In this document: piece by piece, positions 59,606 to 64,000 of the stretch | Layout of the letters: every line of letters starts with the position of its first letter | Numbering within the stretch: position 1 is the first letter of the stretch | NCBI GenBank assembly: GCA_963668645.2 | Contig: CAXXWC010000018.1 | Location: 416,001-480,000, forward strand | Origin: Desulfobacterales bacterium | Lineage (GTDB): Bacteria > Desulfobacterota > Desulfobacteria > Desulfobacterales > UBA2174 | Direction: 5' to 3' | DNA length: 64,000 nt | Notes under the pieces: model-generated | What the model saw: the letters and a program-made list of their open reading frames with translations, nothing else | Databases searched by the model: none | Told to the model about the DNA's origin: nothing | Program-made: the position numbers and the translations under genes

Positions 59606-60123
59606 CAACAAGCCTCTCATAGTTTAAAACGACTTTTCTACTGCCCTTTGGCCTCCAAGTCAAGGAGGAGATCCGCGACTTTTTACGGAACTGAAATGGC
59701 TGGCGCCAGGTTCGATGCGGCTGACGGCGCAGGTGGCGGGCCTGGTCTTGCCGGCGTTGGGGTACTGCGTTTTACGGCGGAGGCAAGGTGTATTCCATGC
59801 CAATATTCTTCTATGGAGACTTATAGTCTTTCTGTCGTTATTTGGCCGGATTCGGCCTCTTGGATGCTGCGGGGGGCCGGGACCGCCTCGGCCTTCCGGC
59901 CGGCCCCGCCATTGTATCGGCGCGCTCCTGATCCGGAAAGACCAACAGATCGGATTCACCGGGAATCGTTTTACAGCGCCTTAATGGGTTGTCAAGGCGC
60001 ACGGGCGCATGTTAGCTATACGGTTCAACTTTCGGCTTCAACTGCAAAACAGAGTGTCATAGATCCCGAAATTAAAAATACGGATTAAGCCGGCCATTGT
60101 GTCAAGATGAAAGTGAGACCTTT

Positions 60124-61200
60124 ATGCTTCCGCCCTTTCACCCCCGCTTGAATACCACCTTGATCGGCAGCCTTCCCCTGTCGGATCCGGAAAAGGCTTT
60201 GGACCTGGTACTGGCTCACGCCCCGCGGGTGCCGGTCTGGCCCCAGCTGCCGGTATACCCTGAAGAAAGCTTCGTCGCCCAGTTCACCGCCGGGCTGCCG
60301 GGCTACGGCGGCAATCCGGCCCGGGTGGTGGTGGATACGGATGGCCCCGATTTTGACGCCGCCGTGCTCGATTTTTACGAAACGTACATGGATAGTGCCG
60401 AGCATTGGCCCGAGGCCCTGAACCCCCGCTTTACGCTCGATCCTAAAAACGCAAGGGGATTTTTCGCCCTCTGCCGCCGCCTGCCCGGGCTCGATGAAAA
60501 ACCCCTGGCAGTCAAAGGGCAGATCGCCGGGCCGTTCTCCCTCGGCACCTCGGTCAAGGACGCTGCCGGCCGGCCTGTTTTCTACGATGCGCAGTTGCGC
60601 GACATCCTGGTCAAGCTGCTTGCACTCAAAGCCCGCTGGCAGGCGCGCACCCTGGCCGGCCTGGCCGGCGCACCGGCCATCGTTTTTATCGACGAACCGG
60701 GGCTGGCGGGCTTCGGCAGTTCGGAGTACATCAGCGTCTCACGGGAGGACGTGGCCGAGAGCCTGGGCGAAGTCGTCGCCGCAGTGCACGCCGAGGGGGC
60801 CCTGGCCGGGATCCACGTCTGTGCCAATACCGACTGGGGCCTGGTGATCGATACCGGGGTGGACGTGGTCAATTTCGACGCCTTTGCCTATTTTGACCGC
60901 TTCGTCCTCTATCCGCAGAAGATCCGCGAATTTTTCGAGGCCGGCCGCATCCTGGCCTGGGGCATCGTGCCGACCCTGGACCCCGAAGATATCGAGCGGG
61001 CCACCGTCGACGGGCTGGTAAAACGCTGGGAAGAGCAGGCCGAGACCCTGACCGGCATCGGGGTGGTACGCCGGTGCCTGACCGATCAGGTGCTGATCAC
61101 CCCGGCCTGCGGTACCGGTGCCCTCTCGCCCGAGCAGGCCGAACGGATCCTCGGGCTGGCCTCCGGGGTTTCCGCGGCGCTGCAAACCAAGTACCTTTAA
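60124..61200 (+). CDS. Single-domain (core) MetE-like methionine synthase
   Basis: TTLIGSLP, WPQLP, KGQIAGP, FIDEP, Zn ligands HVC...TPACG; no N-terminal folate-binding barrel. Confidence 0.72.
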   Translation: MLPPFHPRLNTTLIGSLPLSDPEKALDLVLAHAPRVPVWPQLPVYPEESFVAQFTAGLPGYGGNPARVVVDTDGPDFDAAVLDFYETYMDSAEHWPEALNPRFTLDPKNARGFFALCRRLPGLDEKPLAVKGQIAGPFSLGTSVKDAAGRPVFYDAQLRDILVKLLALKARWQARTLAGLAGAPAIVFIDEPGLAGFGSSEYISVSREDVAESLGEVVAAVHAEGALAGIHVCANTDWGLVIDTGVDVVNFDAFAYFDRFVLYPQKIREFFEAGRILAWGIVPTLDPEDIERATVDGLVKRWEEQAETLTGIGVVRRCLTDQVLITPACGTGALSPEQAERILGLASGVSAALQTKYL

Positions 61201-61228
61201 TCAAAGAAGGCCTGAAGAAGGATATGTC

Positions 61229-62077
61229 ATGACCCAGAGCGAGACCTCTTTTTCCGGCGCGGCGCGCTACGTGCTCGACGACGAACTGGCGCGCATCGTC
61301 AACATCTCCATGGCCCTGGAGATGCCCCTGCTGCTCAAAGGCGAGCCGGGCACCGGCAAAACCATGCTGGCCCATGCTATCGCCGAGGCGCTTCACATGC
61401 CCCTGCTGGTGCTCAACGTCAAATCGAGCATGAAGCTTATCGAAGCCTTGTACCAGTACGACACCCTGACGCGGCTCAACGACAGCCGCTTCGGCGACTC
61501 GAGCCGGGACGTGAGCAACATCGAGGACTACATCAAGATGGGCAAGATCGGCCAGGCCTTCACCGCCGAGCGGCGCACCGTGCTGCTGATCGACGAGATC
61601 GACAAGGCCGACACCGATTTCCAGGACGACATGCTCGATGTGCTCGACCAGATGGAGTTCGACATCATCGAGATCGACAAGACCATCCAGGCCCGGCATC
61701 GGCCGGTGATCATCGTCACCTCCAACGCCAAGAAGGATCTTTCCGACCCCTTCCTGGGCCGCTGCAACTTTCATCACATCGCCTTTCCCGACCCCAAGAT
61801 GATGCGCCGCATCATCCGGGTCCACTTTCCCGAGATCGACAGCCAACTGCTGGAAGGGGCGGTGGAGTCGTTTTACCGGCTGCGGGAGATCGACGGGGTC
61901 GAAAAAAAGCCCGCCACCCGCGAACTGATCAACTGGATCCGGGCCTTGCAGGCCGATGCGGACTTCCATCCCAAGAACCTGGCCAAGGGCGAGCTGCCCT
62001 TCCTGGGGGTCCTGTTCAAAAAGAGCGGGGACACAGAGCGCGCCGCGGCCGTGGTCAATCGCCGCCGGCTTTTCTGA
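61229..62077 (+). CDS. MoxR-family AAA+ ATPase (CoxD-like)
   Basis: LLKGEPGTGKT, LLIDEIDKAD, TSN..K.L.DPFL.RC. Confidence 0.93.
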   Translation: MTQSETSFSGAARYVLDDELARIVNISMALEMPLLLKGEPGTGKTMLAHAIAEALHMPLLVLNVKSSMKLIEALYQYDTLTRLNDSRFGDSSRDVSNIEDYIKMGKIGQAFTAERRTVLLIDEIDKADTDFQDDMLDVLDQMEFDIIEIDKTIQARHRPVIIVTSNAKKDLSDPFLGRCNFHHIAFPDPKMMRRIIRVHFPEIDSQLLEGAVESFYRLREIDGVEKKPATRELINWIRALQADADFHPKNLAKGELPFLGVLFKKSGDTERAAAVVNRRRLF

Positions 62078-62102
62078 AATACATTTTTGCAGGCAAAAAT
62101 TC

Positions 62103-63296
62103 ATGTTCGTGGATTTTTTCTACAAGCTCAAGGACCAGGGCGTGCCGGTGAGTCCCACCGCCTTTTTGACCCTCCACCGGGCCCTGCAGGCCGGCCTGGT
62201 CCATTCCCTGGACGATTTTTACACTGCGGCCCGGGCCATTCTGGTCAAGAGCGAACGGTTTTTCGATCTTTTCGACCAGGTCTTCGCCCATCAGTTTCAG
62301 GGCGCCGAGCTGCCGTCCGACGAGGGGTTCGAGGTCGACGAGATGGCGCGGCTGCTTTTGGAGCAGTGGCTGGCCGATCCCAAGACCCTGGCCGAGGCCC
62401 TGGGGGCGGACCCGTCCGAGTTGAGCCGCCTGAGCCCCGATGAGCTGATCGAGTACTTCAAGCAGCGCCTGGCCGACCAGGATGGCCGCCACGACGGGGG
62501 CAGCCGCTGGATCGGCACGGGCGGCACGTCTCCGGTGGGCCACTCGGGCCACCATCCGGGCGGGATGCGCGTTGGGGGGGTGTCGCGGGGCAAGAGCGCC
62601 GTCAAGGTCGCCATGGAGCGGCGCTACAAGGATTACGCCCGCGGCGGGCCGCTGACCGAGGCCCTGATCGGCGAGGCCCTCAAACGGCTGCGCCATATGG
62701 TGCCGTCCGGGCCCAAGGACCAGGTGGACGTGGAGGCGACCATCTACCAGACCATGAAAAACGCCGGTGAGATCGAGATCGTCTTCGGCCGCAGCCTCAA
62801 GGACCGGCTCAAGGTGATCTTGATGATCGACAACGGAGGCTGGTCGATGGATCCTTACATCCCGGTGGTCCAGACCCTCTTCGATTACGCCCGGGCCCAG
62901 TTCAAGGAGTCGAAGACCTTCTTTTTCCACAACACGGTCTACGACACGGTGTGGCGCGACGCCGCGCGCTACCGCCAACCCCAGCCGGTGGCCGAATTCG
63001 CCCGCTACGATCCGCAGACCCGGCTGATCATGCTCGGCGATGCCTCGATGGCCCCTTACGAACTGATGGCCACCGATGGCTCGATCTACATCACCGAGCG
63101 CAGCGGCAAGCCGAGCATCGTCCAGCTCAAATACCTCGCCGAGACCTTTCCCCGTTGCTGCTGGCTCAATCCGGTGGCCGAGCGCATGTGGGGCTATACC
63201 CAGACCATCGGCGCTATAAGGCGCATCTTTCCCATGTTCGAGCTGTCGCTGGACGGTCTGGAAAAGGCAGTGGCCCACCTGATGGTCAAAAATTAA
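62103..63296 (+). CDS. VWA-domain (CoxE-like) partner of MoxR
   Basis: WIGTGGTSP.GH.G, DNGGWSM MIDAS-like motif, GDASMAPYEL, WLNP. Confidence 0.9.
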   Translation: MFVDFFYKLKDQGVPVSPTAFLTLHRALQAGLVHSLDDFYTAARAILVKSERFFDLFDQVFAHQFQGAELPSDEGFEVDEMARLLLEQWLADPKTLAEALGADPSELSRLSPDELIEYFKQRLADQDGRHDGGSRWIGTGGTSPVGHSGHHPGGMRVGGVSRGKSAVKVAMERRYKDYARGGPLTEALIGEALKRLRHMVPSGPKDQVDVEATIYQTMKNAGEIEIVFGRSLKDRLKVILMIDNGGWSMDPYIPVVQTLFDYARAQFKESKTFFFHNTVYDTVWRDAARYRQPQPVAEFARYDPQTRLIMLGDASMAPYELMATDGSIYITERSGKPSIVQLKYLAETFPRCCWLNPVAERMWGYTQTIGAIRRIFPMFELSLDGLEKAVAHLMVKN

Positions 63297-63352
63297 CTAT
63301 TTTATCCGCAGGCTGCTCGACCGCGCCACCCGGAGCCCCGGGATTATACGGG

Positions 63353-64000
63353 TCAGGGGCGGGCCGTTTTATCTTCAGGGTCCTGAAAAACCCGGCCGCA
63401 GATTCCCGCCGCAGCCATGCCCACGGCGTTCAGAACCACCGGCAGGAGCAGTTCGGCAATGGCCCCGTTCAGTGAAGCACCGCCGGACAGCTTGAGAAAA
63501 TGGCTTACCGGTTGGACTTGCAGGGCGCCGATTTCCGCGCGCCCGCCGAAGGCCGCCTGGGTGATCACCGCCAGGCGTGCATAGCGGCTGCCGAATACCG
63601 AAAGCTCGTCCAGGGCTGTGTGGAAATAGCGGTCGCTGGTGGCATCCAGCAAGATGAGATTGTCCAGCAGGGGGTCGTAGTCTTGGCGCAGCACCGGCAG
63701 ATACCAGCGTCCTTCTGCAAAAAACGGGGAAGGGGAAAGGCCCTTGGCCAGGTCGGCCACCGTGGCAAACTCATCCACCGTGCGCGCGCCGAGAAAATTC
63801 TGCTCCCAGCGGGCCACCGTCGCCGCACCGTAGGTTGCGGCCATTATGGTGCGTTTTTCCAGCGGTACATATTTGAGCGCCGCCCCCCGGCTGTCGACGG
63901 AAACGATGGGGCCGTGGACCGCTTCTCCGAAGCCGTGGCGAACCAGCACCAGCCGGCCGATGCGCGCAAAGGCATCTTCCCAGAACAGGCCGCTGCCTCC
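63353..64000 (-). CDS. C-terminal part of a large protein, possibly SIS/GlmS-like (5' end outside window)
   Basis: GEAVHGPIVSVD resembles the GlmS E.KHGPI..D motif; frame is open to the window edge. Confidence 0.45.
   Translation of the reverse strand, partial: GGSGLFWEDAFARIGRLVLVRHGFGEAVHGPIVSVDSRGAALKYVPLEKRTIMAATYGAATVARWEQNFLGARTVDEFATVADLAKGLSPSPFFAEGRWYLPVLRQDYDPLLDNLILLDATSDRYFHTALDELSVFGSRYARLAVITQAAFGGRAEIGALQVQPVSHFLKLSGGASLNGAIAELLLPVVLNAVGMAAAGICGRVFQDPEDKTARP

Noticed and set aside
59660..59990. Possible ncRNA or small ORF upstream of the FmdB genes
   Set aside because: A GC hairpin and an ORF ending SRGSPP are present, but there is no recognisable RNA family, RBS or motif to support a call
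61229..63296. Aerobic CO dehydrogenase (cox) cluster
   Set aside because: Only the generic MoxR-VWA chaperone pair is present; no coxLMS

Overview
GC-rich genomic window from an anaerobe, probably a Desulfobacterales-like deltaproteobacterium (inference from gene content). It has four blocks. (1) 1-20 kb: ahcY/LysR, a DUF4338-ISAs1 element with a 10-bp target duplication, TetR and SAM-methyltransferase genes, an AraC-TonB receptor-methyltransferase-DUF4198 module, and a GntR-linked ABC transporter + Nif3-like + GidA-like operon. (2) 20-38 kb: a PAS hybrid kinase, nested IS701/IS1634 remnants, and an AT-rich island with two MtaA/UroD-type Zn methyltransferases, a corrinoid protein, two ureidoglycolate-lyase-like cupins and a TRAP transporter. 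Its dctP is split by a 2.74-kb Mutator-like IS with an 8-bp duplication. (3) 38-56 kb: a large metal locus in which feoAB, DUF4198 proteins and a ferrosome (fez)-type cluster (SCA-type P1B-6 ATPase, a second P1B ATPase, MamC-like and Pro/Gly/Tyr-rich membrane proteins) lie beside a DtxR/MntR repressor. A DtxR-like palindrome wTAGr-N4-yCTAw sits at five promoters across the window. (4) 56-64 kb: housekeeping-like genes (DinG helicase, FmdB zinc ribbons, core methionine synthase, MoxR-VWA). No rRNA, tRNA or CRISPR array was seen. All family calls come from motif recognition by eye; no database search was run.
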